DNA of 55,903 bases, taken from the IMG/VR virus record IMGVR_UViG_3300023184_000159, positions 1 through 55,903 of that record. The stretch is one strand, 5' to 3'. Shown here piece by piece: positions 9,501-19,300 of the stretch (the stretch's first letter is position 1; the number at the start of each line of letters is the position of its first letter). The stretch comes from a virus (Duplodnaviria > Caudoviricetes). A program made the position numbers and the translations under genes. Under the pieces are notes generated by a model, which was not told the DNA's origin, ran no database searches, and saw only the letters and a list, made by a program, of their open reading frames with translations.

Positions 9501-10159
9501 GAATTGGTAATAAAATTACTTCATTAACAGCATTATCAAATGATCCAAAAGGTATTGGTTCTCAACTAGGGTTAGATACAAACAGACTTTCCGGACTCAG
9601 TGGATCATTACAAAGTAAGTTACCCGGACAAGTTACATCTCTTATTAAAAATATACCAGCCAATGTAAATTTAAAACAAGCCGCAAATCAAGGATTGGTA
9701 TTAGATTATATACCTGCTGGTAAAATAGCAAATATACCTGCTACTCCTCCACTTAGTAAAGCACCTATTCCTAAAGCAGATCCCGGATATTCTCAAGAAG
9801 TTATTAAACGAGGGGGAATAACAGCGTTACAAAATTTATATGGTGTTAATAGTTCTGCCAAATTATCTACTAATTTGGTTCCGGCAGATTTAATTGCTTC
9901 AGCAGAACAAGCTGTATCTAACTCAAGACTTAATTCTCTCGGAAACTTAACAGGACTAACTAATGCTGTAGATATAAATGTTGCCAAAGATAAATTAGGT
10001 AGTTTTCAAAATCAATTATCTGGACTAACTGGACAAATTAAAATACCTGATGTAAATTTACCAGGTTCGGTAACATCTAAATTTTCAGCCAACTCATTAG
10101 GGTCAAGTCCCTTAACTAATTTAGTTAACAATTTAAACAAAAATACAGGAAGTACATAG
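6545..10159 (+). CDS. Baseplate hub protein (gp27-like) with long low-complexity C-terminal extension
   Basis: Between gp53- and gp5-like genes; LEILGDP and FSGVYQVTTVISTF..G.F.QKL...R hub motifs; G/S/A/L/N-rich tail of about 450 aa. Confidence 0.6.
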   Translation: MATGNFMVPGRVSPAEQKAGDAAAAAKNTRGGFTGSDNNERKTEPEKKDPNNDIVKISGESNIFNGYRSITYTFTLAALEKRHLDDPESYRKDDFNLQLIILKSGGKGEALMKRTLSTDGPQFNELANKQVGTGSEKARRNPGPQTHSANYYADKFMEGFNTNSPGRFDMFMENVEIESIMAPSEKTNSTTAMKIKFDVIEPYSINGFIEAIHTAAVAAGFPSYQNAPFLLKLEFWGYPDNEDFPDPVKIPYSTRYYPMSITECNIEITEKGTLYRCNAVPYNERSFGHPNMVKKPIKMQGKTVGEILKNLFKALDETSKEIQEIENKEAGITSKEWDRYDIQFPTWSDTAGWVTSNNSKISGSKMGSILTDPLLVGMNKPEDTSQSNGYSANDSKKPKEGDPPPSVKFKPGQSVIQFDQDTNISEIITAVVRDSEYAKDLLKGLIEKKPGIPDQYGFIDYWMIRIETTNSTEMNELGKKPFQKFTYIVQPYKVHYTRIPGYGRERINEKDLQKISNREYNFIYTGKNIDVLNFKLNFNNLFFEAVPVNNGNKPTAGKNGGAAPANTTKVKLNSKPSTPSGNNREQGQVPDPAVKILSTKIQAYGGNASQPEEDPFQLLARTMHNSVINSKASMLTGDLEILGDPFYLAGAGAGNWNPKPSTRGKTLSGEINHIYAAVLITINFRNPEDINSFEDGGMMKFDSNRVPFSGVYQVTTVISTFKDGIFKQKLDVLRMPGQVLDSDLRSSDPSDRMSTSPKPGSQVVPDETRAQSFEQRADSRSVETILDRGLPDQTTNFTGASGGLGGAPQFLPSNASSVAMLPTVLNQTPGLTSLPLNASPVIGTSLPTDLTSNIRLNTSGLTSLSQSALKVLGAAASISAAANIVQGAFTKDGLTGLIGGSLAATAISAARNISNPGSGIGKGASVLINPSSSLPSAPTANDIKQGLNIDSNTLSVGSISKTSAFATGIPNSLTGIPGGADSLINGIGNKITSLTALSNDPKGIGSQLGLDTNRLSGLSGSLQSKLPGQVTSLIKNIPANVNLKQAANQGLVLDYIPAGKIANIPATPPLSKAPIPKADPGYSQEVIKRGGITALQNLYGVNSSAKLSTNLVPADLIASAEQAVSNSRLNSLGNLTGLTNAVDINVAKDKLGSFQNQLSGLTGQIKIPDVNLPGSVTSKFSANSLGSSPLTNLVNNLNKNTGST

Positions 10160-10160
10160 T

Positions 10161-12461
10161 ATGGGAGAAGAAACAAGATCGCATAGTGGTGGGCCTAATT
10201 CAAAACAATCATCTCCTGGCCCGTTTCTTGCCGAGGTAACAAATCACCTTGATGGTACATATATGGGTATGTTAGAAGTTGCAATAATAGGAGGCATGCC
10301 TAACAATCCTAAAGTACAAGAAGAAACACATGTTGTTAGATATCTAAGTCCGTTTTCAGGATTTACCTCATCGAGATTTGAAGGAAACAACAGTAGTGAT
10401 TTTAATGATGTACAAAAAAGTTATGGTTTCTGGATGATACCGCCGGATGTTGGTACTAAAGTTATGGTTATCTTTGTTGATGGCGACCGTAATCAAGGAT
10501 TCTATATGGGCTGTGTGTCAGATGTATTTCAAAATCACATGATACCAGGAATAGCTGCTAGTAAGCAGGTAAAAATGACCGATGAACAACGCAGAAAATA
10601 TGGAACAGATTATTTACCCGTAGCAGAATTTCATAGAAAATCTCAAGATTTAAAAAATCCAGTACCTCAAAAATGGGCAAAACCCATTCATCCATTTGCT
10701 GATAGATTATTGCAACAGGGATTATTATTAGACACCATACGGGGAGTTACATCTAGTGGTGCTCGTAGAGAAGTTCCTAGTAGTGTATTTGGTATATCAA
10801 CACCCGGTCCATTGGACACCAGTCCGGGTGCTAAACGGGCCAATATAGGATATGATAGCGGAACTGCTGCTCCTGTAAGTAGACTTGGTGGTACAACTTT
10901 TGTTATGGATGATGGTGATATTAATGGACAAAATGAATTAGTTAGGTTGCGTACAAGAACAGGTCATCAAATCCTTATGCACAATAGTCAAGATTTAATT
11001 TATATTGCTAATAGTCAAGGTACCACATGGATTGAATTAACGTCTAATGGTAAAATTGATATATATGCTCAGGATTCTGTAAGTATACATTCCGAAAATG
11101 ATTTTAACTTTCTTGCCGATAGAGATATTAATATTGAAGCAGGCCGCAATATTCATATCAAAGCAGGTAAGAACATGGAAACAAATATTACAGGTTATAA
11201 TTATCTCACTGTAGATAAAGATCAAAAGATTGCAGTTAGAGGAACACATGACGAAACTATTGGTGACACTGTTAAAATTACAGTAGGTAATAGTTATAAT
11301 TTAAGTTCATCAAAAGATATTAAACAATCTGCAGAAGGTACAATTAATTTAAAATCAAATGGTAATATTAATTTAGGTACACAGGCACAACTAAATTTAG
11401 GAGCAGCTGGTAACATTATAGGAACTGGTGCAAACATACATTGGAACGGTCCAACGGCTGGATCACCAGCCTCTGCTGATGCTGCTGAAGTTCCCCCTGA
11501 TTTGCCGTTGTTTAGTTTACCTCAAAGATTAGTGAGTTGGGGATGGAGCAATGGGAAATTTTATAATACAGGAACAATTAAAACTATCATGCAACGTGCT
11601 CCAACACACGAACCGTGGCCTCAGCATGAGAATATAAATCCTCCGCAATTTAGCTCAGCGGCTACCGATATAACATTAGCAGATAGAACAGCATCTGGTA
11701 TTCCTCCTAATCCTGCTGCTGCCAAGCAAGAGCCTGCAAACCCACCTGATGTAACTCCAGGAACATGCACTCCTGAGTTTTCTAAAGATATTAATGCAAG
11801 TTCTTCTCAAGATGGTATTAGTGCTATTAAGGCAGCTTGTGCAAAATTCGGCCTTACTACACCAATTGCGGTAGCATCGTTATTAGGTATTGCCGGCGGC
11901 GAATGTCGTTGGAAGTTAGTTGAAGAAGGATTTAAATATTCTGCTGATAGATTGTTACAAGTATTTCCTAGTGTGTTTAAAGGTGATACAGCACTGGCAC
12001 AACAATATGCTGGCAATCCAAATAATACATTACCTGAATTCTTATATGGTTATAACACCGGTAAAGGTAAAGGTTTAGGCAATACACAAGAAGGTGACGG
12101 TGGAAAATATATAGGTAGAGGATATATTCAATTAACTGGAAGAAGCAATTATGCAAGATACGGAACAATGATCGGCCAGGATCTACTTGGAAATCCTCAA
12201 CTATTAAACACTCCGGCAATTGCTGCCGAAGTTGCCGTTAAGTATATGTTAGATAGATGTAAAGTAGCCCAATCGGATCCGGGTTATTTTGAAGCAGCAT
12301 GTAAAGCAATTGGATTTAATACACCAGATATCCATACTCGTAAGAAAGGATATTACGAATGCTTCTTAGGACAATTAAAAGGAAGTACATTAAGCTCGGG
12401 TAATAATGGTATAGTTACTGATAGCAGTGGTAAGCCAATTAAGACTGGTTCTGGTAGTTAA
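10161..12461 (+). CDS. gp5: Central spike (gp5/VgrG-like) with C-terminal GH19 lysozyme/chitinase domain
   Basis: OB-fold PPDVGTKVMVIF, RTRTGHQ, beta-helix repeats, Pro-rich linker, then GNTQEGDG.KY.GRGYIQLTGRSNY. Confidence 0.85.
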   Translation: MGEETRSHSGGPNSKQSSPGPFLAEVTNHLDGTYMGMLEVAIIGGMPNNPKVQEETHVVRYLSPFSGFTSSRFEGNNSSDFNDVQKSYGFWMIPPDVGTKVMVIFVDGDRNQGFYMGCVSDVFQNHMIPGIAASKQVKMTDEQRRKYGTDYLPVAEFHRKSQDLKNPVPQKWAKPIHPFADRLLQQGLLLDTIRGVTSSGARREVPSSVFGISTPGPLDTSPGAKRANIGYDSGTAAPVSRLGGTTFVMDDGDINGQNELVRLRTRTGHQILMHNSQDLIYIANSQGTTWIELTSNGKIDIYAQDSVSIHSENDFNFLADRDINIEAGRNIHIKAGKNMETNITGYNYLTVDKDQKIAVRGTHDETIGDTVKITVGNSYNLSSSKDIKQSAEGTINLKSNGNINLGTQAQLNLGAAGNIIGTGANIHWNGPTAGSPASADAAEVPPDLPLFSLPQRLVSWGWSNGKFYNTGTIKTIMQRAPTHEPWPQHENINPPQFSSAATDITLADRTASGIPPNPAAAKQEPANPPDVTPGTCTPEFSKDINASSSQDGISAIKAACAKFGLTTPIAVASLLGIAGGECRWKLVEEGFKYSADRLLQVFPSVFKGDTALAQQYAGNPNNTLPEFLYGYNTGKGKGLGNTQEGDGGKYIGRGYIQLTGRSNYARYGTMIGQDLLGNPQLLNTPAIAAEVAVKYMLDRCKVAQSDPGYFEAACKAIGFNTPDIHTRKKGYYECFLGQLKGSTLSSGNNGIVTDSSGKPIKTGSGS

Positions 12462-12467
12462 TAAATA
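12461..12467 (+). promoter_or_regulatory. Putative late promoter (ATAAATA)
   Basis: Lies in the short gap before ATG 12472. Confidence 0.4.
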
Positions 12468-12471
12468 TAAT

Positions 12472-12909
12472 ATGCCTTACAAAAATCTTGAAATTAATCC
12501 AGCCCAATATAGTGAACAAAACACTGATAAGTTAAGTCAATACTATCGAGGATTTAGCACAGCCAATCCAATTAATCGCGGCTCTAAGCTCTACGACTTT
12601 GATTTAATTAAACAAGATATTTTAAATCAATTTAATACTCGTAAAGGTCAACGAGTAATGAATCCTAAGTTTGGATCTATTATATGGGACCTATTAATGG
12701 AACCATTAACTCCAATAATTAGTGAATTATTGCAAAAAGATATTAGTATTATATGTAATTCAGATCCTAGAGTATATCCATTACAAATGCAAGTTAGTGA
12801 ATATGAGCAAGGCTATATAATTGAAATTACATTAGCTATGAAAAATACCAACGAAACTTCTACACTAAAATTAGCATTTGATCAGAAAGTAGGAATAGTT
12901 GTACAATAA
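12472..12909 (+). CDS. gp25: Baseplate wedge subunit (gp25-like)
   Basis: TRKGQRVMNPKFGS.IWDLLMEP...DPRV signature; ATG 12472 preferred over the upstream GTG that overlaps gp5. Confidence 0.88.
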   Translation: MPYKNLEINPAQYSEQNTDKLSQYYRGFSTANPINRGSKLYDFDLIKQDILNQFNTRKGQRVMNPKFGSIIWDLLMEPLTPIISELLQKDISIICNSDPRVYPLQMQVSEYEQGYIIEITLAMKNTNETSTLKLAFDQKVGIVVQ

Positions 12910-12930
12910 TCTGCCCACTTAATTACTACA

Positions 12931-12937
12931 ATAAATA
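12931..12937 (+). promoter_or_regulatory. Putative late promoter (ATAAATA)
   Basis: Intergenic, 14 nt before the gp6-like ATG. Confidence 0.45.
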
Positions 12938-12951
12938 CGGTATAAACTATT

Positions 12952-15900
12952 ATGATACCATCAACAAACACAAAATTACTAGTCAGCGAAGATTGGACTA
13001 AGATTTATCAATCTTTCCGTAATGCCGACTTCAAGAGTTACGACTTTGAAACACTTCGTCGTACAATGATTTCTTATCTTCAAGAAAAATATCCTGAAGA
13101 ATTCAATGATTATATTGACAGCAGTGAATACATTGCACTTATTGATGTTATTGCGTATCTAGGGCAGAATTTAAGTTTTCGTATTGATTTAAATGCAAGA
13201 GAAAACTTTCTCGAAACAGCACAACGTAGAGATAGTATTCTACGTCTTGCCCAATTAATTAGTTATAATCCTACAAGGAATGTTCCTGCTAGTGGTTTTT
13301 TAAAACTTACTGCCGTGGCCACTACTGATAGCGTATACGATTCTAATGGAACAAATTTATCAGATATAACAATTGGATGGAATGATGCCACAAATCCAGA
13401 TTGGTATCAACAATTTATTAATATTATGAATTCTGCAATGTCTAGTAATTTTGGCACCCCTGCAGATCGTTCCACAATTGATTCTATACTTACTGAAAAA
13501 TACAGAATTAAAAGTTCTACTCAGGATGTTCCTGTTTTTAGTTTTTCTAAAAATATAAACGGAACATCAATGAGTTTTGAAGTTGTCCCTATTGCTTTTT
13601 CTGATGATAAAACTTATGTTGAAGAAGCACCACCGGAGCCAGCAGCTCTTTTTAGTCTAATATATAAAAATGACAATCAAGGAAGTAGTAGTCCTAATAC
13701 TGGTTTTTTTGCTCATTTTAAACAAGGAACAATAAATGTTTCAAACTTTGGCATTAGCAATCCTGTAATTAATGAAATTATAGGAATTAATGCTCCTAAT
13801 ATTAATGATACCGATACCTGGTTATGGCAATTAGATCAAACTGGGAAGTATTCAACTTTATGGACACACGTTTCTTCATTGGTAGGAAATAATGTAATAT
13901 ATAATAGTATTAATAAAAGTATAAGAACATTATATGCTATCGGCAGCCGTGATCAAGATCAAATTGATTTAAATTTTGCAGATGGTGTATTTGGTGATTT
14001 GCCAAAAGGAAATTTTTCTTTCTTTTACAGACAGAGCAACGGATTACAATATGTTATCAAACCCGAACAAATGAGCGGAGTTTCTGTAACAATACCTTAT
14101 AAAAATGCTTCTGGACAAAATCATTCATTAACAATGACGTTGAGTCTGCAATATGCAGTTACAAATAGTGCAGGTGCAGAATCTAATTTAAGTATACAAA
14201 CTAAAGCCCCGCAACTTTATTATACACAGAATAGAATGATTACGGGAGAAGACTATAATATTGCTCCATTAAAAGCTGGTGCTGACATTCTTAAAATTAA
14301 AAGTGTTAATCGTGTATCAAGTGGACTTAGCAAATATATTGATTTATCAGATGTTACAGGAAAGTATAGTCATACTAATATATTTGCCAATGATGGAATA
14401 TTGTATAAAGAAGAATATACAAACATATTTGAATTTGAATTTACTAATAGAAATCAAGTATTATCTGTTTTAAAAAATAAAATAGCACCTATAATTGCTT
14501 CACCTGACTTACGGTCATTTTATATAGATAACTATTATAGAATTAATTTATTGTCATTAAAATGGAAAGAGATTAATTCCCTGCCTAATGAAAGTAGAGG
14601 ATATTTATATAATGGATCAACTGCGTATTCAGTTGGTGGATCAGGTATATTAGGATATGTTACAATTGGTGCAATGATTAAATTTGTACCACCTGACAAC
14701 TACTATTTTGATCAAAAAAATTCTCTAAAAATTATTCCAAGTTTGGGTACTCCTAACGGCGGCCGTCCTTATATTTGGGCCACTGTTAAGAAAATTGTAG
14801 GCGACGGTGCAAACTACGGCCTAGGAACATTATCCGATGGCACCGGTCCTATAATTTTTTCAACTAAAGTACCTGATGGATGTACACCAAGTGAAATTAT
14901 TCCTAAATTTAATAGAATATTGAGTTATTCTATTGAAAATGAAATTGCAAATATTGCTATCACCAAGAAAAACTTTGGTCTTACTATTGATACTACTACT
15001 AGAGAATGGAATATAATAGTTAATTCTAATTTAGATATTGTTAATACATTTAGTTTGGCCAATCAAAATAATATAGAAAATCAAGGGTTTGATGCAAGCT
15101 GGTTAATTTCTTTTGTATGGACAGGTAAAAATTACAAAGTAACTTACAGATCATTAAATTATATATTTGAAAGTCAATTAGAAACAGCATTTTTTATTGA
15201 TGATTCTACTATTAATTACGATTTTACTACAAACACAGTTATTAAAGATAAAATAACTGTTCTCTCTATAAATGCTACTCCTGCAATAACATCTGTACCA
15301 TGGTTAGGCCACGATCATCTATGGCAAATTGATAGTGCGTTTGTAGAACCCGATGGATACGTTGAACCTAAAAAAGTAAAAGTTAGTTTTTATGATTATA
15401 ATAATTTAGGTCAATTATTTGATCCAGATTCTTTTAATACAATTGTGGGTAATGATAAGTTTATATATTTCAAAAAAAATAACGACGGCACACGATATGT
15501 TTTAACTGATGATATTATTATGCCTTTTAATACCGAGGCTGATTTCTTTTCATATAAGAATGCACATACAGTTATGGATGGTGATTTATTTTATTTCTAT
15601 AATACCTCGTTAAATTTAGTAAAGTATTGGTCTTCGGTATATCAACGATTAATTTATACCGATCAATATTTTGGTAGAAGAGGCCGTGCCGATATAAAAT
15701 TTCATTATCAACATAATAGTGGAAATGAAAGAAGAATTGATCCTAGCAAATCAAATATTATTGATATCTATGTATTAACCACAACATATAATAATGATAT
15801 TAGAAGTTGGTTGTTGGGAAATATATCTTCCAAACCACCTGCACCTACTAGTCAAAGTTTAGAACAAAATTATATAGAATCATTATCTCCTATCAAGGCA

Positions 15901-16332
15901 ATCAGCGATGAAATAGTATTTCATTCTGTAGTCTATAAAATATTATTTGGGTCTGATGCTGTATCTAATTTGCAGGCAAAATTTAAAGCAGTTAAAAATC
16001 CCAATAATACCACAACTGACAATGATTTAAAAACTAGAATACTATCTGCTATTAATGATTTCTTTTCTTTAGAAAATTGGGAATTTGGACAAAGTTTTCA
16101 CTTTGGAGAGCTATCAACTTATGTAATGAATTTGCTTACGCCCGACATTACAAATTTTGTTATTGTTCCAATTACTAGTAATAGTGCATTTGGAAGTTTA
16201 TACGAAGTAACATGTTTATCAAACGAATTGTTTATTAGTGGTGCAAAAATTAATGATATTGAAATTATTGATGCCATTACGGCCTCACAATTAAAATCGT
16301 CCTCATCAATAGTAACAACCAGCGGAACATAA
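12952..16332 (+). CDS. gp6: Baseplate wedge protein (gp6-like, enlarged)
   Basis: DFETLR, ENFLETAQRRDSILRLA..ISY.P, FADGVFG.LP, QNRMITGEDY; follows gp25. Confidence 0.85.
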   Translation: MIPSTNTKLLVSEDWTKIYQSFRNADFKSYDFETLRRTMISYLQEKYPEEFNDYIDSSEYIALIDVIAYLGQNLSFRIDLNARENFLETAQRRDSILRLAQLISYNPTRNVPASGFLKLTAVATTDSVYDSNGTNLSDITIGWNDATNPDWYQQFINIMNSAMSSNFGTPADRSTIDSILTEKYRIKSSTQDVPVFSFSKNINGTSMSFEVVPIAFSDDKTYVEEAPPEPAALFSLIYKNDNQGSSSPNTGFFAHFKQGTINVSNFGISNPVINEIIGINAPNINDTDTWLWQLDQTGKYSTLWTHVSSLVGNNVIYNSINKSIRTLYAIGSRDQDQIDLNFADGVFGDLPKGNFSFFYRQSNGLQYVIKPEQMSGVSVTIPYKNASGQNHSLTMTLSLQYAVTNSAGAESNLSIQTKAPQLYYTQNRMITGEDYNIAPLKAGADILKIKSVNRVSSGLSKYIDLSDVTGKYSHTNIFANDGILYKEEYTNIFEFEFTNRNQVLSVLKNKIAPIIASPDLRSFYIDNYYRINLLSLKWKEINSLPNESRGYLYNGSTAYSVGGSGILGYVTIGAMIKFVPPDNYYFDQKNSLKIIPSLGTPNGGRPYIWATVKKIVGDGANYGLGTLSDGTGPIIFSTKVPDGCTPSEIIPKFNRILSYSIENEIANIAITKKNFGLTIDTTTREWNIIVNSNLDIVNTFSLANQNNIENQGFDASWLISFVWTGKNYKVTYRSLNYIFESQLETAFFIDDSTINYDFTTNTVIKDKITVLSINATPAITSVPWLGHDHLWQIDSAFVEPDGYVEPKKVKVSFYDYNNLGQLFDPDSFNTIVGNDKFIYFKKNNDGTRYVLTDDIIMPFNTEADFFSYKNAHTVMDGDLFYFYNTSLNLVKYWSSVYQRLIYTDQYFGRRGRADIKFHYQHNSGNERRIDPSKSNIIDIYVLTTTYNNDIRSWLLGNISSKPPAPTSQSLEQNYIESLSPIKAISDEIVFHSVVYKILFGSDAVSNLQAKFKAVKNPNNTTTDNDLKTRILSAINDFFSLENWEFGQSFHFGELSTYVMNLLTPDITNFVIVPITSNSAFGSLYEVTCLSNELFISGAKINDIEIIDAITASQLKSSSSIVTTSGT

Positions 16333-16333
16333 A

Positions 16334-19300
16334 ATGGCGACTAACAAAAAATCAGTTAATTTCTTACCAGACTATTTAAAGTCAGATAAAAATTCTAAAT
16401 TTTTAGCCGGAACAATAGATCCATTAATTCAATCTCCTGAATTAGAACGAATTGATGGATTTGTTGGATCAATAATAACTCCAAATTTTAATCCTATTAC
16501 GGATTCTTATATTAAAGAAGATTCGGAGTTAAGATCAAACTATTCTCTCGAACCTGCCTTAGTTTTTAGAGACAAATCTTCCAATATTACCGATGTAGTT
16601 GCATTTGACGACATCATTAATGAAATTGGAATTCAGGGAGGTAAAGTTGATAATCTTGATAGATTATTTAGATCTAAATTTTATTCATATGATCCTTATA
16701 TTGATTGGGATAAGTTAGTAAATTATTCACAATACTATTGGTTATCTACCGGGCCTGATTCTATATTAATTGATGGTGATATTAATATTAATGACAGCAT
16801 TATTGGAAACTCTTCATATGTAATGCCCAATGGGTATGCTTTATCAAATGGTATGAAATTAAAATTTTCAACAACCGTATTACCTGAATTATATAGAGAT
16901 AAAGAATTTTATGTTGAGGGGGTTGGTAACAGTATTAAATTAATTGACATAAAATTATTAGATGTAAATGAACTATCAAATATAGTATATAACGAAACAT
17001 TTGATAGTGATAAATTTGATACATTTCCATTTGATGGTGATAAAAAATTACCATTAATTCCTGAATATGTTACAATTAATAGAGCCAGCTTAGATTTAAA
17101 TCCATGGACAAGATACAATCGTTGGTTTCATTCAGAAATAATTCGTATAACAGCAGAAATTAATAATCAACCATTTTTATTACCTTTAGAAGCTAGAGCA
17201 TTAAGACCTATTATTGAATTTAAACCTAACATACAATTATACAACTTTGGAAATAAAGGAATTGGTAGAATTTCTGTAATTGATACAGATACAACAGATG
17301 CATTTTCATCTGTAGATGGTACAATAGGATATTATGTTGACGGTGTATTGCTAGAAGAAGGCACCACTGTTATATTCAATGCCGATGTCCATGATAATGT
17401 TCGAGGAAAAATTTATACCGTAGAATATGATACATCTACAAAACCTTATATTCTTAGATTAATAGAATCAGTTACGCCTAATCTTTTAGAATCTATTGCT
17501 ATTAATTATGGTACATCTTATCAAGGAACCACCTGGCATTATAGCAGTTATGTTAATAACAATGGTGAAATTAAGAACCTATGGGTTAAATCTCAAGAAC
17601 ATAAAAAAATAAACCAATCACCTTTATTTGATTTATTTGATCATGATAACATTAGTTATACTGATAAAAATTCTAATTTTGTAGGATCTAAAATCTTTGG
17701 ATATGATATTGGGACAGGAACATCTGATAACATTTTAGGATTTCCTTTAAAATATAAAAACAGTGTAGGAGTTGGTAGTTATCTTTTCAAGAATTATTTC
17801 ATGACAGATACTATTGAGGTTATTACAGACGGTGTAAGTTCAATTATTTCTACTGGAGTTACATATTTTAAATTATTTAATACCTTAACATTAACCAATG
17901 TATGGAGTCTATTAACGGATTATCAAATTCCAATAATAGAAACACAAACAATATTAACAGCCACAAATACTGCATCTATATTATCAATTACATCAACCTC
18001 TGATATTTCTGTAATTGCATCAATTAATTCTGTTTTAACAACTGCTACATTATCAACTTCTACTCTAACACTTACATTTAATAAAACTCTCAATGTCAAC
18101 GATGTGCTATTGTTAAAGATCACATCTGATCAAATACCTAACAGTAATGGACATTACGATACTCCAATTAGCCTTACAAATAATCCATTAAATGGAAATA
18201 TATCTACTTTTACATTAAGTGAACTTAGCGATCATTTGTATACTATGATTAGCCGTATTAACACTTTTTCAGGATCTTTTCCTGGATTAAGTAATTTAAG
18301 AGATGTAAATGATTATTCAAAGTATGGAACCAGATTAATTATTAATGCTAACCCTATTGTTTTTGCACAAATATTTCTTGGCAAAAAAAATCATAATGTA
18401 GTTGATGCTATAAGACATGTTGGCGATCAATACAATCAATTCAAAATGAATTTGTTAACAGCTATGGACTTAGTTGATAGTCAATTATCGCCCGCCGACG
18501 CACTTGATAAAATTTTAATAGATATTAACAGTAATAAAGAATTGCATTCTTCATATTACAGATCTGATATGTTAGGATATGGATCTAATAAAATTAAAAG
18601 AACATATACAGTATCTAATCCTAACAATACACATTATCCAATTGGATTAGATTTTGATTTAACAACATTAAGTTTTAAATCTGTATTAATATATGTTAAT
18701 GATATACAACTAGTTAACGGAATAGATTATAGTTTTTTAATTGACGAGGTAATAATTTCTAAATTATTATCAGTTGGTGATATTATAGAAATATATTATT
18801 ATCCAGATACAATTGGTTCATTTGTACCGTCCACTCCAAGCAAGTTAGGGTTATATCCTGCATATCCTCCTAGTATATATAATGATGATTCATATTTAAG
18901 TTCTAATGTTGTAGTTATAAGAGGGCATGACGGCAGTATTATGCAATCATACGGAGACTATAGAGATGACATTGTACTTGAATACGAAAAAAGAATTTTT
19001 AATAATATAAAAGTTAAATATGATCCAACAATATTTGATATTAATTCTACAATTCCTGGAGTGTTCAGTAAAAACTCATATTTGTTATCAGATGTAAATG
19101 ATATATTAATAAAAGATTTTACCAAATGGGCCGGTGTATATAATATAGATACAACTATTAATAATATATATGATGCAGGAAATCCTTTTACATGGAACTA
19201 TACAACTGGTATCAATACTGTAACCAATACTGCTGTGCCTGGTTATTGGAGAGGTATTTACAAACAGTTTTATGATACAGACAAACCAGATACTAATCCA

